Shown here in pieces: positions 9,857 to 20,501 of a DNA stretch of 64,000 bases. The DNA comes from Pedobacter sp. Its GTDB lineage: Bacteria; Desulfobacterota; Desulfuromonadia; Desulfuromonadales; Syntrophotaleaceae. Positions within the stretch are counted from its first letter, which is position 1. Each line of letters starts with the position of its first letter. Both the position numbers and the translations under genes were made by a program. The stretch is taken from positions 448,001 to 512,000 of the forward strand of contig JBFWJC010000001.1 in assembly GCA_050253415.1 (NCBI GenBank), written 5' to 3'. The notes beneath the pieces are model-generated. The model was not told the DNA's origin and did not search any database. It worked only from the letters and a program-made list of their open reading frames with translations.

Positions 9857-11212
9857 TCACGAGCGTTTCTGAAAAGCTACCGCAAAAAAGGCATCCATGC
9901 CACCATGAAGATGCGGCAGGGTACGCAGAGCTCCAGCGTTGTCGAACAGTTCGCGCCATCCGTCAGGCATTTCGTCACGCAGATCGAGGCGTTCAAAATC
10001 AGGATGCTCGCTCAGAAAAGCTCGGATGACGCCGTCGGTTTCTTCGGTGCTGAAGGTGCACAGAGAGTAAACCAGACGGCCACCGGGGCGTAACAGCGGG
10101 GCTACGTTATGCAAAATAGTCCGCTGCAGCCGCGCCATCTGTTTCAGGTCGCCGGGTTTGCGCCGCCAGCGAATTTCCGGGTTACGCCGCAAGACACCAA
10201 GCCCGCTGCACGGTGCATCGACCAGGATGCGATCGAAACTTTCCGGCTTGAGAAAGTTGGGAGCACGGGTCAGGTCCCAAGCACGCCCTTCGATCCCCTG
10301 ACAGCCGAGGCGGGCTGCTCCGCTGGTGATCAACTCTACCCGTTGGGGGTGCAGGTCAAGGGCGACAATCTGGGCTTGATTACCCGCGAGAGCAGTTATG
10401 TGGGTGGTTTTCCCCCCAGGCGCTGCACAGGTATCGAGGATACGATCGCCGGGTTGAGGGGCCAGTAAGTGGCTTATCAGCATGCTGGCTTCATCCTGTA
10501 ATTGAAACAGGCCTTCAGCATGGCCGCTCAAGTGACGCGTTACGCCCTGGTTGATGCGTATCCCTTCGGGGGCAAAGTGGGTCGGTTCCGCCGTGCATTC
10601 GCAATCGTTGAGGATCTCGAGCAAAGCGTCGCGTTGAATTTTCAGTTCGTTGGTGCGTATGAAATACGGTGCCGGATGAAGCATGGCTTCTGCCAGGTCG
10701 CAGGCTTGATCAAGACCGAAATCGTCCAGCCACTGTTTTGCAAGCCAGTGAGGCAGGGAAAGCACATGCTCCAGATAGGCCAGCGGTTGCTCTTCGCGCT
10801 GGGGCCAGGGCAGCTGCGATAGCTGGCGAACCAGAGTACGCAGAATGCCGTTGATAAACCCTGTCGCTCGTTGCAGGCCGAGCCGCTTAGCCAATTCCAC
10901 GGTCTCAAAAACTGCTGCATGGGCCGGGATGCGGTCAAGCTGCAACAACTGGTAGCCGCCAACCCGAAGCAGGTTCAGCACCGCAGGTTCAACTTTGGCC
11001 AGGGGTTTGCTGCAAAGCTGCTGGAGGGCATAGTCGAGACGTCCGCGGTAGCGCAATACACCATAAACAAGTTCGGTTACCAGGGCGCGATCCCGAATAT
11101 CCATGCCGGGCAGGCTTTCCAGCGCACCATCCAGCGCCAGATCGGCAAAGGCACCGTTTTGCACCCTGTCGAGAATTTCGTAAGCAATAGTGCGGGGATC
11201 CTGTTCGATCAC
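9857..11212 (-). CDS. rsmB: 16S rRNA m5C967 methyltransferase
   Basis: NusB-like N-terminus; QDEAS, CAAPGGKT, DAPCSGLG. Confidence 0.93.
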   Translation of the reverse strand: MIEQDPRTIAYEILDRVQNGAFADLALDGALESLPGMDIRDRALVTELVYGVLRYRGRLDYALQQLCSKPLAKVEPAVLNLLRVGGYQLLQLDRIPAHAAVFETVELAKRLGLQRATGFINGILRTLVRQLSQLPWPQREEQPLAYLEHVLSLPHWLAKQWLDDFGLDQACDLAEAMLHPAPYFIRTNELKIQRDALLEILNDCECTAEPTHFAPEGIRINQGVTRHLSGHAEGLFQLQDEASMLISHLLAPQPGDRILDTCAAPGGKTTHITALAGNQAQIVALDLHPQRVELITSGAARLGCQGIEGRAWDLTRAPNFLKPESFDRILVDAPCSGLGVLRRNPEIRWRRKPGDLKQMARLQRTILHNVAPLLRPGGRLVYSLCTFSTEETDGVIRAFLSEHPDFERLDLRDEMPDGWRELFDNAGALRTLPHLHGGMDAFFAVAFQKRS

Positions 11213-11242
11213 AAATACATCCTCGTCCGATAGCGGACAAAA

Positions 11243-11272
11243 GGCGGGGGCATGATCTTACATGCCCCCGCC
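11243..11272 (-). terminator. Intrinsic terminator-like hairpin after htpX
   Basis: GGCGGGGGCATG / CATGCCCCCGCC 12-bp stem followed by TTTT on the minus strand. Confidence 0.6.
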
Positions 11273-11297
11273 GGAAAATAGAGTCTGAATTCTGGTG

Positions 11298-12137
11298 CTA
11301 AAGCACGGTCATATTCTCAAGGCGCCGGATGCGTTCCTCAACCGGGGGATGCGTCGAAAAGAGGGATTTTATCCCGCCGCCGCGCAAGGGGTTGACGATG
11401 AACATATGCGCTGTTGCTTCGTTGACTTTCGGCATGGGCAGGCGGCTGTTGGCCATTTCGAGTTTACGCAGTGCATTTGCCAGATGATGGCCATTTCCAC
11501 ATAGCATGGCGCCGCCGCGGTCAGCAGCGTACTCCCGCGAACGGGATATGGCCATCTGTACCAGCATGGCGGCCAGCGGAGCGAATATGATCAGCAACAG
11601 CAATCCTAAAGGGTTGCCGTCATCATCGTCCCGGCCTCTAAAACCGCCGAACAACGCAGCCCATTGGGCCATATGCGCCATGTAGGAAATAGCCCCGGCG
11701 ATGGTCGCGGCAATCGATCCGATAAGGATATCGCGATGGCGCACATGGCTCATTTCATGGGCCATAACCCCCATCAGTTCTTCCTGCGTGAGAATCTGCA
11801 AAATGCCTTCCGTGGCTGCTACTGCGGCATGTTGGGGATTGCGGCCGGTGGCAAAAGCGTTTGGGGTCGGTTGCGGCAGAATATAAACCTTTGGCATAGG
11901 CAGGGAATTGCGCAGACACAACTGTTGCACCACGCTGAACAGCGGGCCGCTGGTGACTTCGCGGCCGCGGTACATGGCAATGACGATTTTATCGGAGAAC
12001 CAGTAAGAACCAAGGTTCATGACCGCGGCCATCACCAGGGCAAACAGAGCGCCGCCGCGCCCCCCCATCATTCCGCCAGCCCACACCAGCAACAGGGTGA
12101 GCACGGTCATCAGCATTACCGTCCTCAGTATATTCAT
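11298..12137 (-). CDS. htpX: Zinc metalloprotease HtpX
   Basis: PNAFATG, AHEMSH (HExxH), [15 protein letters not shown]. Confidence 0.95.
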   Translation of the reverse strand: MNILRTVMLMTVLTLLLVWAGGMMGGRGGALFALVMAAVMNLGSYWFSDKIVIAMYRGREVTSGPLFSVVQQLCLRNSLPMPKVYILPQPTPNAFATGRNPQHAAVAATEGILQILTQEELMGVMAHEMSHVRHRDILIGSIAATIAGAISYMAHMAQWAALFGGFRGRDDDDGNPLGLLLLIIFAPLAAMLVQMAISRSREYAADRGGAMLCGNGHHLANALRKLEMANSRLPMPKVNEATAHMFIVNPLRGGGIKSLFSTHPPVEERIRRLENMTVL

Positions 12138-12175
12138 GGTACACCTCGCTTGATGACGTTTTATTTTTGTATCTT

Positions 12176-12193
12176 ACTCAAATTAATTTGAGT
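12176..12193. promoter_or_regulatory. Perfect 18-bp palindrome upstream of htpX (candidate operator)
   Basis: ACTCAAATTAATTTGAGT, about 40 bp upstream of the htpX start. Confidence 0.5.
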
Positions 12194-12366
12194 CGCTAAA
12201 CACCGGCGTCCCGCTACGGCGTCGTTTTATGCGCCGCCCGAAATAACTACGGGATCGAAATCGCCATAAGGACCGGTATCGAAAAGGGGTGCAATGCAGG
12301 CACGAGGCGAAAATGTGCGATCCCGGTTTCGATTAGCTGAAGCGTAAGACAGAATCACAAGCTGTA

Positions 12367-13191
12367 TTATTTACTCACTACATAGGCATCCAGCGCTCGC
12401 CGCACAGCATCGAGATCGATGCGTGTATTGAAGCAGGGCCCTTCCGGGCGGGTATTGAACACACCGATGACCGGCAAGGGGTAGGCGTCCCGAATACCGG
12501 AGGTCAGGTCGCGTTCGCAGGCCACTGCCACCACCAGTCGGGGACGTTTTTCCATGAGCAGTTTGCGGGCCAGGGTTCCGCCGGTGGCGACAGCCAAGGT
12601 TACCCCCCGCTGTTTGGCCAGTTCCGCCAGATCGCCGATGTCGCAGCGACCGCAGCGGGCACATTTTTCAACGTCGCCGGTGACCTTGATGGCGCAGTCA
12701 AAAAGTTGCAGGCAATGCGGCAGCAGGATCATGGTCTTGTCGGCCGGGACCCGTAGGTTGCGTGAGCGCACCAGCTGATTATTGAGATTGATAAAGGAAC
12801 GCTGCAGTGCATCACGATCCAGACGCATAAGTGTGCCGATGACGATGACCGCTGGCATCAGATACTTGATCACTATGCCGCGTAGGCGTGGAAAGATGAA
12901 CAAGTCGCGCCCGCTGATCAGGGTTAGTGCGAGGAGTCCCAGCCCACCAAGTACTACGGTTACCAGGATCAGCATGGCCAGTCCGAACCAGTAGGGTAAA
13001 CGGGGATGGATGGAGGATAGGCCGACACTCGGCAGCCACCAGATCACAAACGCGCCAACAGCAAAAAGCCCTCCCACCAGTGCCAGCAATATCAGGAACG
13101 GGCGCTGCTGCGTGATTGTGTTTTGATCGGCCTTATCACAGGCGTCGCCACATGCTTTGCGACAGTTCTTGTTCTCAACCTTGCATGCCAT
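12367..13191 (-). CDS. DUF116 family membrane protein
   Basis: LLPHCLQ, CxxCxxC, ATGGTLAR, VACERDL, GPCFNT; start after fmt stop. Confidence 0.85.
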   Translation of the reverse strand: MACKVENKNCRKACGDACDKADQNTITQQRPFLILLALVGGLFAVGAFVIWWLPSVGLSSIHPRLPYWFGLAMLILVTVVLGGLGLLALTLISGRDLFIFPRLRGIVIKYLMPAVIVIGTLMRLDRDALQRSFINLNNQLVRSRNLRVPADKTMILLPHCLQLFDCAIKVTGDVEKCARCGRCDIGDLAELAKQRGVTLAVATGGTLARKLLMEKRPRLVVAVACERDLTSGIRDAYPLPVIGVFNTRPEGPCFNTRIDLDAVRRALDAYVVSK

Positions 13192-13192
13192 G

Positions 13193-14140
13193 TCAGTCCC
13201 CCAGGCGTGCACCGGCCGATAGGCTGGTACCTCGCAAAAAATCACCAGCCGGCAGTTTTTTCTTGCCGGCTAACTGCAATTCTCGCACTCGCAGTACGCC
13301 TTGACCACAGGCAATACAGACGCCATCAGCATCGGCTGACAGAACGGTGCCCGGCTCTGCGGCAAGGCCTTCTTCAGCCAAAGTCCGCCCAAGCTTGAGC
13401 ACCTGTCCGTTCCACAGAGTGAACGCGCCAGGCCAGGGGCTTAATCCCCGCACAAGGTTATGAATAGCCTTGGCGGAACAACGCCAGTCGATGCGACCAT
13501 CCTCTTTTTTCATCATGGAGGCATAGCTGCTCTGGGCATCTTCCTGTGGTTCCGGTCTCAGAGTCCCGTCGCACAGTCGCAGCAGGGTTTCCTCCATGGC
13601 TTCGCGCCCGAGCAGCGACAGGCGATCATGCAATTCGCCCGCGGTTTCTTCGTCGCCGATTTCCGTGGCTCGCTTTATGAGCATGTCGCCGGTGTCGAGC
13701 CCGACATCCATGAGCATGGTGGTCACGCCTGTAACCTGTTCGCCATCCACTACCGCCTTATTGATCGGTGCGGCGCCACGGTAGCGCGGCAGCAGTGAAG
13801 CATGCACATTGATGCAGCCGTATCGGGGGATTTCAAGTACGCTCTTGGGTAGAATCTGGCCATAGGCAACCACCACGATGAGGTCGGGTTGCAGTTTTCG
13901 CAGCTGCTCTACCGCTAACGGATCGCGCAATTTTTCCGGTTGGAAAATGGGAATATCGTATTTGAGGGCCAGTTCCTTAACCGGTGGCGGTGCCAGTTGC
14001 TTGCCGCGACCTCGCGGGCGATCCGGTTGGGTGAAAACGCCGCAAAGATTAACGCCGGCTTCGATCAGGCCTTGAAATGTGGGCAGAGCGAATTCCGGCG
14101 TCCCCATGAAAACGGTGCGTATAGTGGAGGGATCGATCAC
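13193..14140 (-). CDS. fmt: Methionyl-tRNA formyltransferase
   Basis: FMGTPEFA, TQPDRP, NVHASLLPRYRGAAPI. Confidence 0.97.
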   Translation of the reverse strand: MIDPSTIRTVFMGTPEFALPTFQGLIEAGVNLCGVFTQPDRPRGRGKQLAPPPVKELALKYDIPIFQPEKLRDPLAVEQLRKLQPDLIVVVAYGQILPKSVLEIPRYGCINVHASLLPRYRGAAPINKAVVDGEQVTGVTTMLMDVGLDTGDMLIKRATEIGDEETAGELHDRLSLLGREAMEETLLRLCDGTLRPEPQEDAQSSYASMMKKEDGRIDWRCSAKAIHNLVRGLSPWPGAFTLWNGQVLKLGRTLAEEGLAAEPGTVLSADADGVCIACGQGVLRVRELQLAGKKKLPAGDFLRGTSLSAGARLGD

Positions 14141-14652
14141 AACTCCTGCTCCTGTTGCTTCTGGATCTTCTGGTATTTTTTGCGGAAGATGCCTTTTTTC
14201 AGGGGAGAAAGGTGGTCCACGAACAGAATGCCGGACAAATGGTCGATTTCATGCTGGAAAGCGATGGCCAGGAGTCCGGTAGCTTCACGCTCCACCTGTT
14301 GTCCTTCCAGATTCAGATAACGAACCGTAACCTTGGCGCTACGCGCAATGCTTGTGTAGTATCCGGGGACCGACAGGCACCCTTCCTCTTCAAAGCTTTC
14401 GCCTTCACGTGCGATGATTTCCGGATTGACAGCGACGATCAGTTCCGATGCGTCTTTCGGTGCGCAATCAAGAACGATAAGGTTTTTGCTCACGCCCACC
14501 TGGGGCGCAGCCAAGCCTACCCCCGGTGCGGCATACATGGTCTCTGCCATGTCTGCTGCAAGGGTCTTGATTTCTTCGGAGATGTTGGCAATCGGCTCGG
14601 CTTTTTTTTGCAGTACCGGGTCGGGATAGTGCTTTATAGATAAAATAGCCAT
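14137..14652 (-). CDS. def: Peptide deformylase
   Basis: GVGLAAPQ, EGCLS, QHEIDHL. Confidence 0.97.
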   Translation of the reverse strand: MAILSIKHYPDPVLQKKAEPIANISEEIKTLAADMAETMYAAPGVGLAAPQVGVSKNLIVLDCAPKDASELIVAVNPEIIAREGESFEEEGCLSVPGYYTSIARSAKVTVRYLNLEGQQVEREATGLLAIAFQHEIDHLSGILFVDHLSPLKKGIFRKKYQKIQKQQEQEL

Positions 14653-14732
14653 GATATTAACCTGTTACAAAGAAAAAATGCATAAGTGAATTTCGGAATA
14701 CTTCTCATGATAATGGGAGGTTGCGCGCAAAG

Positions 14733-15629
14733 TCAACTGTCATGGCTGCCGCTACCTGCTGCGTTTAAGGCCTTCTGCATGGCAACGGCCATGCTGGCAG
14801 GACTCTCTGCTATCATTACGCCACTGTCTCGCAAGGCTGAGATCTTGTCCTCGGCTCGTCCGGCGCCGCCGGAGACGATGGCTCCTGCATGGCCCATGCG
14901 CTTGCCGGGCGGTGCCGTCATTCCTGCAATGTAAGCGGCTACCGGTTTACGCATATGTTGGCGGATCCATGCCGCAGCTTGCTCTTCGGCGGTGCCGCCT
15001 ATCTCTCCGATGAGAAATACACCCTTCGTATCCGGGTCGTCGTTAAATAAGCTGAGAACATCGATAAAGGAGGTGCCGATAATAGGATCGCCTCCGATTC
15101 CAACACAGGTAGATTGTCCTAGACCGGCATCAGTGAGTTGCTGTACTGCCTCATAGGTGAGGGTGCCGCTACGGGAGACCACGCCGATCGATCCCGGGCG
15201 ATGAATCTCTCCCGGCAGAATGCCGATTTTGCACTGTCCAGGTGTGATCAAGCCGGGGCAATTGGGCCCAATCAGGCGCATGGAACTGTCCGCCAAGGCT
15301 CGGTTAACCAGCACCATGTCGCGAACCGGAACGCCTTCGGTGATGCATACAGCCAAACGAATCCCGGCCTCGCTGGCTTCCAGAATCGCTTCGGCGGCGC
15401 CCGGAGGCGGCACAAAAATCATCGAAACATCTGCCTGGCAGGTTTCAACCGCCTCGGCAACCGTGTCGAATACCGGGATGCCGTCAACGTGCATGCCACC
15501 CTTGCCGGGTGTCACGCCGGCGACAATCTGGCTGCCGTAATCACGGCATAGCAGGCCGTGTCGGCGTCCCGAACTGCCGGTCAACCCTTGCACCACGATG
15601 CGCGAACGGCGATCAATCAGAATAGCCAT
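14733..15629 (-). CDS. sucD: Succinyl-CoA ligase alpha subunit
   Basis: [31 protein letters not shown]. Confidence 0.95.
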   Translation of the reverse strand: MAILIDRRSRIVVQGLTGSSGRRHGLLCRDYGSQIVAGVTPGKGGMHVDGIPVFDTVAEAVETCQADVSMIFVPPPGAAEAILEASEAGIRLAVCITEGVPVRDMVLVNRALADSSMRLIGPNCPGLITPGQCKIGILPGEIHRPGSIGVVSRSGTLTYEAVQQLTDAGLGQSTCVGIGGDPIIGTSFIDVLSLFNDDPDTKGVFLIGEIGGTAEEQAAAWIRQHMRKPVAAYIAGMTAPPGKRMGHAGAIVSGGAGRAEDKISALRDSGVMIAESPASMAVAMQKALNAAGSGSHDS

Positions 15630-15640
15630 TTTTCATTCCT

Positions 15641-16810
15641 TTAAGCGCTTGGGGCCAGTAGTTGCACAATGGCGTTGGCTGCGGCAGCCAGTCCATCCTG
15701 CCAGACGATATTCAGATCTGCCTGTTCCTCCAGCAGTTTCCGGCCTTCCTCCCGTCGTGCCCCGGCCATGCGTACCACAATGGGTATTTGGCTGTCGGTT
15801 TCTTTGGCCGCGGCGATGAGGCTCTCGGCAATAAGGTCGCAGCGCATGATGCCGCCGAAGATGTTCACAAGAATCCCTGAAACGTTAGGATCTTCCAGCA
15901 AGATGCGGAAGGCTTGCACCACTTTGTCCCGGTCTGCACCGCCCCCCACATCGAGAAAGTTTGCCGGTTGACCGCCACACTCGGTGAGCATGTCGAGAGT
16001 GGCCATGGCCAGACCTGCACCATTGACCAGGCAACCGATACGCCCATCCATTTTTATATAGGCGATGTCTGAACGTGCTGCCCGTACCTCCAGGGGATCG
16101 TACTGGCTGTCATCCTTCAAGCCAGCGAGATCCCGCTGACGATACAAGGCACTGTCGTCGATGGAAACTTTGGCGTCCATGGCCATTAACCGAGCATCCC
16201 CCGTAACGACCAGCGGATTGATCTCCAGCAATGACGCATCTTTTTCCAGTAAACAACGGTATAGTGCCAATATCAGTTCTACGGCTGCATCCGCCAGATG
16301 GCCTTCAAGTCCAAGGAAGCGGGCTATGCCCCGGGCATGAAAAGCGCGCAGGCCGACTAGGGGGTCAATGGTCAGGCGTCGCACGCGCTCCGGCATCTGG
16401 CGCGCGGTCTGTTCGATGTCCACCCCCCCCTCGGCGGAGGCAATGAGGCAGTAGCACCCTGTACTTCGGTCGAGGGTTAAGGATAGATACAGTTCTCGGG
16501 CCACTGGGACGATCTCTTCCACCAGCAGACTGTTCACCGGCAAGCCCTGCTCACCGGACTGTGCCGTTACCAGTCGTCGGTGTAATAAACCTCGAGCTAT
16601 CTCTCGGGCCTGTTCGACAGTGTGTGCGAGGGCAACGCCACCAGCTTTGCCACGACCCCCGGCGTAAATCTGGGCCTTGAGTACGCATGCGCCCCCAAAG
16701 GATGCCGCGGCCTGACCGGCTTCGTCGATTGAACAGGCAATCTGCCCGCGCGGTATAACGATGCCGTATTGGGCAAAAAGAGCCTTGGCCTGATATTCGT
16801 GAAGCTTCAT
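15641..16810 (-). CDS. sucC: Succinyl-CoA ligase beta subunit
   Basis: MKLHEYQAK, GGRGKAGGV, NGAGLAMAT, NIFGGIMRC. Confidence 0.95.
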   Translation of the reverse strand: MKLHEYQAKALFAQYGIVIPRGQIACSIDEAGQAAASFGGACVLKAQIYAGGRGKAGGVALAHTVEQAREIARGLLHRRLVTAQSGEQGLPVNSLLVEEIVPVARELYLSLTLDRSTGCYCLIASAEGGVDIEQTARQMPERVRRLTIDPLVGLRAFHARGIARFLGLEGHLADAAVELILALYRCLLEKDASLLEINPLVVTGDARLMAMDAKVSIDDSALYRQRDLAGLKDDSQYDPLEVRAARSDIAYIKMDGRIGCLVNGAGLAMATLDMLTECGGQPANFLDVGGGADRDKVVQAFRILLEDPNVSGILVNIFGGIMRCDLIAESLIAAAKETDSQIPIVVRMAGARREEGRKLLEEQADLNIVWQDGLAAAANAIVQLLAPSA

Positions 16811-16889
16811 TGGCAGCTGATCCCCGTTTTGTTGAACGACTTGATGCGATCACCTGTGACCCGGTATCGATTGAGCCAACGCCTGCAGG

Positions 16890-17537
16890 TTATTTTTGGG
16901 ATTTGTTCCAGTCGGACAGGAACCGCTCAATCCCGACATCCGTCAGCGGGTGCTTGGTTAATTGCATGATGACACTGAAAGGTATAGTGCAGATGTGAGC
17001 GCCGACCAGTCCGGCTTTAAGCACATGCAAGGGGCTGCGCACCGATGCCACGATGATTTCCGTATCGAATCCGTAATTTTCAAAAATGGTCAGGATCTCA
17101 TCAACGCCTTGCATGCCGTCATGGCCGACATCATCCAGGCGGCCGACAAACGGTGAGACATAAGCCGCCCCGGCCTTGGCGGCCAGCAGTGCCTGCAGGG
17201 GGGAAAAGATCAGGGTCATATTGACGCGTACGCCGTCCTTGGCTAAAACGCGGGTTGCCTTGAGCCCTTCGCCGGTCATGGGCACCTTGATGACGATATT
17301 AGTGGGATGGTATTGGAGCAATTCCCGCGCTTCGGCAATCATTCCTTCCGCGTCGGTTGCAACGACTTCTGCGGAAATGGGGCCATCGACCAAAGCGACG
17401 ATATCTTTCAATACATCGTTGAATTTGCGGCCGGATTTAGCTACCAGGGAAGGGTTGGTTGTAACGCCATCGACTAGCCCCATTTCATGCGCTGCTCTAA
17501 TTTCTTCAACGTCGGCAGTATCGATAAAAAATTTCAT
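16890..17537 (-). CDS. tal: Transaldolase (short, FSA-like family)
   Basis: [18 protein letters not shown] and YVSPFVGR (Glu/Phe typical of transaldolase rather than FSA). Confidence 0.88.
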   Translation of the reverse strand: MKFFIDTADVEEIRAAHEMGLVDGVTTNPSLVAKSGRKFNDVLKDIVALVDGPISAEVVATDAEGMIAEARELLQYHPTNIVIKVPMTGEGLKATRVLAKDGVRVNMTLIFSPLQALLAAKAGAAYVSPFVGRLDDVGHDGMQGVDEILTIFENYGFDTEIIVASVRSPLHVLKAGLVGAHICTIPFSVIMQLTKHPLTDVGIERFLSDWNKSQK

Positions 17538-17603
17538 GCGAATCTCCTTCCGCCATAAGCGGTGAAAAGTACAGGCAATCAAAAAAAGTGTTTGCTACCT
17601 GAA

Positions 17604-17864
17604 CTATGAGCGATCTTTGGAATTTCCGAAACTTTTCAGGCATTCTTCAGAGCAGAAATAGTAGGTCTTTCCTTTTACTGCTTTTTTGAGGGCAAGGCTG
17701 CGAGGCACGAATATACCACACTGAGGGTCGCGAACCATGGGTTCTCCCTCTGGGCTTTTTTCCGGCGGTGGTTGGTGGGCGCGGCCCTTAAACAATCCTG
17801 AAATTGCTGTAACGATGTAATAACATAGCAGGAAAAGAAAAAACAGCCACAGTAAACGCATCAT
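17604..17864 (-). CDS. Small membrane-anchored YHS/TRASH domain protein
   Basis: N-terminal hydrophobic helix; DPQCG...YYFCSEEC. Confidence 0.8.
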   Translation of the reverse strand: MMRLLWLFFLFLLCYYIVTAISGLFKGRAHQPPPEKSPEGEPMVRDPQCGIFVPRSLALKKAVKGKTYYFCSEECLKSFGNSKDRS

Positions 17865-17871
17865 ATTAAAG

Positions 17872-18405
17872 TCACCAGTTGTCGGGTAGGCGGTGAACGC
17901 CCGATGTGGAGGGTAGTCGGGTCAGCATTTCGCGCACCGTTTTCTGATTTAGAGGGTGGATAAAGTCGGGCGCGACATCCATCAAGGGGATAAGCACAAA
18001 GGCGCGTTGGTGTAAGCGCGGATGGGGTATCATTAACTCTTGTTTTTGAGAAATACTGTTGTCATAAAACAGCAGATCGATATCGAGAGACCGGGAACCC
18101 CAGCGTACCTTTCGGCATCGTCCGAATTGTTGTTCTACCTCAAGGGCGAATTCAAGCAATCGGCTGGCCGTCAGCGTTGTTTGCACCTCTAGGACAGCAT
18201 TCAGATAGGGCGGCTGATCTTCAGGTCCGCCGACCGGTTCGGTCTCGTAAATAGCTGAGGCACGAACGATGCAAATCTCCGGATGAGAATGCAATGCTTG
18301 TCGAGCGTTCCTGAGATATTCAATGCGGTCGCCAAGATTGGAACCCAGCCCCAGGAATGCAGTAAACGGTTTGTGTTTATCATTCATAGACAAGTATTTA
18401 AACAC
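17872..18405 (-). CDS. folK: 2-amino-4-hydroxy-6-hydroxymethyldihydropteridine diphosphokinase
   Basis: LGLGSNLG, RSLDIDLL, PHPRLHQRAFVL; start may be a few codons downstream. Confidence 0.93.
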   Translation of the reverse strand: MFKYLSMNDKHKPFTAFLGLGSNLGDRIEYLRNARQALHSHPEICIVRASAIYETEPVGGPEDQPPYLNAVLEVQTTLTASRLLEFALEVEQQFGRCRKVRWGSRSLDIDLLFYDNSISQKQELMIPHPRLHQRAFVLIPLMDVAPDFIHPLNQKTVREMLTRLPSTSGVHRLPDNW

Positions 18406-18456
18406 AGGCCTTTGAGGTGAGTCAATCCAACGACCATCCGTTGTGCTATGTGTCCA

Positions 18457-18498
18457 AAATAAAAAACGGTCGGGATCTCTCCCGACCGTTTTTTATTT
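18457..18498. terminator. Intrinsic terminator downstream of Fe-ADH
   Basis: AAATAAAAAACGGTCGGGA / TCCCGACCGTTTTTTATTT inverted repeat. Confidence 0.85.
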
Positions 18499-18566
18499 GA
18501 ATCTTGCTCGTCGATTGACGGGATGGTCGAATCTGCAACCATCCGGAAAACCGGTTCGGGCAGTTA

Positions 18567-19739
18567 TTACATGGCTGCTTTGTAGATGCCGATAACCTGG
18601 TCCAGCGTAGCCGAACGGGGGTTGGTCAGCATGCAGGCGTCTTTCTGAGCATTGCCAGCCATAACAGCGAGGTCTTCTTCTTTAACATTCAGCTCGGTCA
18701 GGCCGGCCGGGATGCCAATGGAAGCGGACAGTTCGCGGATGGCTTCGATACCGGCAGCAGCAGCTTCGGTAACGCTCATGCCGTCGGTATTAACGCCCAT
18801 GAAGTCGGCGATGTCAGCGAAACGATCCGGGCAAGCGATCAGGTTGTAGTCGCAAACGGCCGGCAGCAGGATGGCGTTGCAAACACCGTGGGGCAGGTTG
18901 TAGAAGCCGCCCAGCTGGTGAGCCATGGCGTGTACGTAGCCCAGGGAGGCGTTGTTGAATGCCATACCAGCGAGGTACTGCGCGTAGCACATGGCGTCGC
19001 GAGCTTCGATGTTGGCGCCCATGGCAACGGCAGGACGCAGCCACTGAGCGATCAGGCGCATGGCTTTTTCAGCGCAAGCGTCGGTGATCGGAGTAGCGAT
19101 GGTGGAAACATAAGCTTCAACGGCGTGGGTCAGAGCGTCCATACCGGTAGCGGCGGTCAGTGCGGGGGGCTTGCCGAGCATCAGGATGGGATCGTCAACG
19201 GCGATCAGCGGGGTGCAGCGCCAGTCAACGATAGCCATCTTAACATGGGTCTCGGAGTTGGTGATGATGCAGAAACGGGTCATTTCGGAAGCGGTGCCCG
19301 CGGTGGTGTTGATGGCAACCAGGGGAGTCATGGGCACGGTGCTCTTGTTGACGCCTTCGTAGTCGCGGATGTTGCCGCCGCCGGCGGTAACCAGGCCAAT
19401 GCCTTTAGCGCAGTCATGGGAAGATCCGCCACCCAGGGATACGATGAAGTCACAGCCTTCGGCTTCGTAGACTTTTACGCCGTCATGAACGTTGGTGTCA
19501 GTCGGGTTAGGTTCAGCACCGGGATAGATGACAACATCAACGCCGGCATCTTTAACGTAGCCAGCGATTTTGTCAGCAACACCCATTTTCATCAGACCGG
19601 CATCGGTAACGAGAAGAGCTTTCTTAGCGCCGAGTTCTTTGGCCTTAGGGCCAACTTCTTTGGCACAACCAGGACCCATAAGGGTAACGCTGGGAATGAA
19701 AAAGCCGTACGTGGTTTCTGCGAGGTTGACAATTGGCAT
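18567..19739 (-). CDS. Iron-containing alcohol dehydrogenase (ethanol/1,3-propanediol DH family), copy 3
   Basis: GGGSSHDCAK, TTAGT, GMDALTHA, HAMAHQ, PHGVCNA; RBS GGAGG before ATG 19739. Confidence 0.95.
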   Translation of the reverse strand: MPIVNLAETTYGFFIPSVTLMGPGCAKEVGPKAKELGAKKALLVTDAGLMKMGVADKIAGYVKDAGVDVVIYPGAEPNPTDTNVHDGVKVYEAEGCDFIVSLGGGSSHDCAKGIGLVTAGGGNIRDYEGVNKSTVPMTPLVAINTTAGTASEMTRFCIITNSETHVKMAIVDWRCTPLIAVDDPILMLGKPPALTAATGMDALTHAVEAYVSTIATPITDACAEKAMRLIAQWLRPAVAMGANIEARDAMCYAQYLAGMAFNNASLGYVHAMAHQLGGFYNLPHGVCNAILLPAVCDYNLIACPDRFADIADFMGVNTDGMSVTEAAAAGIEAIRELSASIGIPAGLTELNVKEEDLAVMAGNAQKDACMLTNPRSATLDQVIGIYKAAM

Positions 19740-20445
19740 GATTAATCCTCCTAGATTGAGCGTTGATGGAAATCCCACACAACTAAAACACTGCCCGAGA
19801 TAATTACTACAATGAAAAATACAAATCAAACCATTTTTTTAAAATAGTGTTTCCGTATACTGTAACTTTGGAAATGTTAAGTGTCTGTATTTATGCGTAT
19901 TGTGTATACGAATTTTAGGTATACTTTTGAAAGCAACGATAAATCAATATTGTATAGGATTTATAACAAGACGTAGCATGACATAAATGTGCCGTATACG
20001 AAAGCATGTCAGATAATAGAAAAATGGTTGTTTTAGAAAAAATGTCCATTGGTGCCAAAATTCTTTAGTAATTGAGGTGCTAGAAAAGTGGTTTTTAAAG
20101 CAACTTTATAGTTATAGACAAAACATGTTTTTTTAAAGAATCTTAAAATCCAGAAATGCGTCTATCTTTTCTGGTATAAAAATAAAATGTCCACCACAAA
20201 AACACTTGCATTATGGGCAATGCGACATCTAAGACTTAAACGGTGATTCTCTTGCTCTGTGAACATCTTTTAGGTATGTAATCGTAAACGGCAAAACAGA
20301 ACATCGTTAGGATGTATTGTGTTTATACCAAGTGTTGCACCCGTGGGGTCGATATTCCTGATTTTGGTGTTAGGAAGAAGGTCTTCCCGTTAGAAATTTT
20401 CTTTAGTTTTTAAAGGTAAGCCTGCAACAAGTCGATGTTTTACAC

Positions 20446-20476
20446 AAAAAAAGCCGGCTCAGAGGCCGGCTTTTTA
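20446..20476. terminator. Intrinsic terminator after ThiF-family gene
   Basis: AAAAAGCCGGC / GCCGGCTTTTT. Confidence 0.8.
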
Positions 20477-20501
20477 TATTTGAGTTCTTTAAAAAAGAAG
20501 T

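Noticed and set aside
20040..20060. TTGGCAC on the minus strand upstream of adh copy 3 as a sigma54 promoter
   Set aside because: No TTGC/GC at the required distance (reads TGGCACCAATGGACAT).
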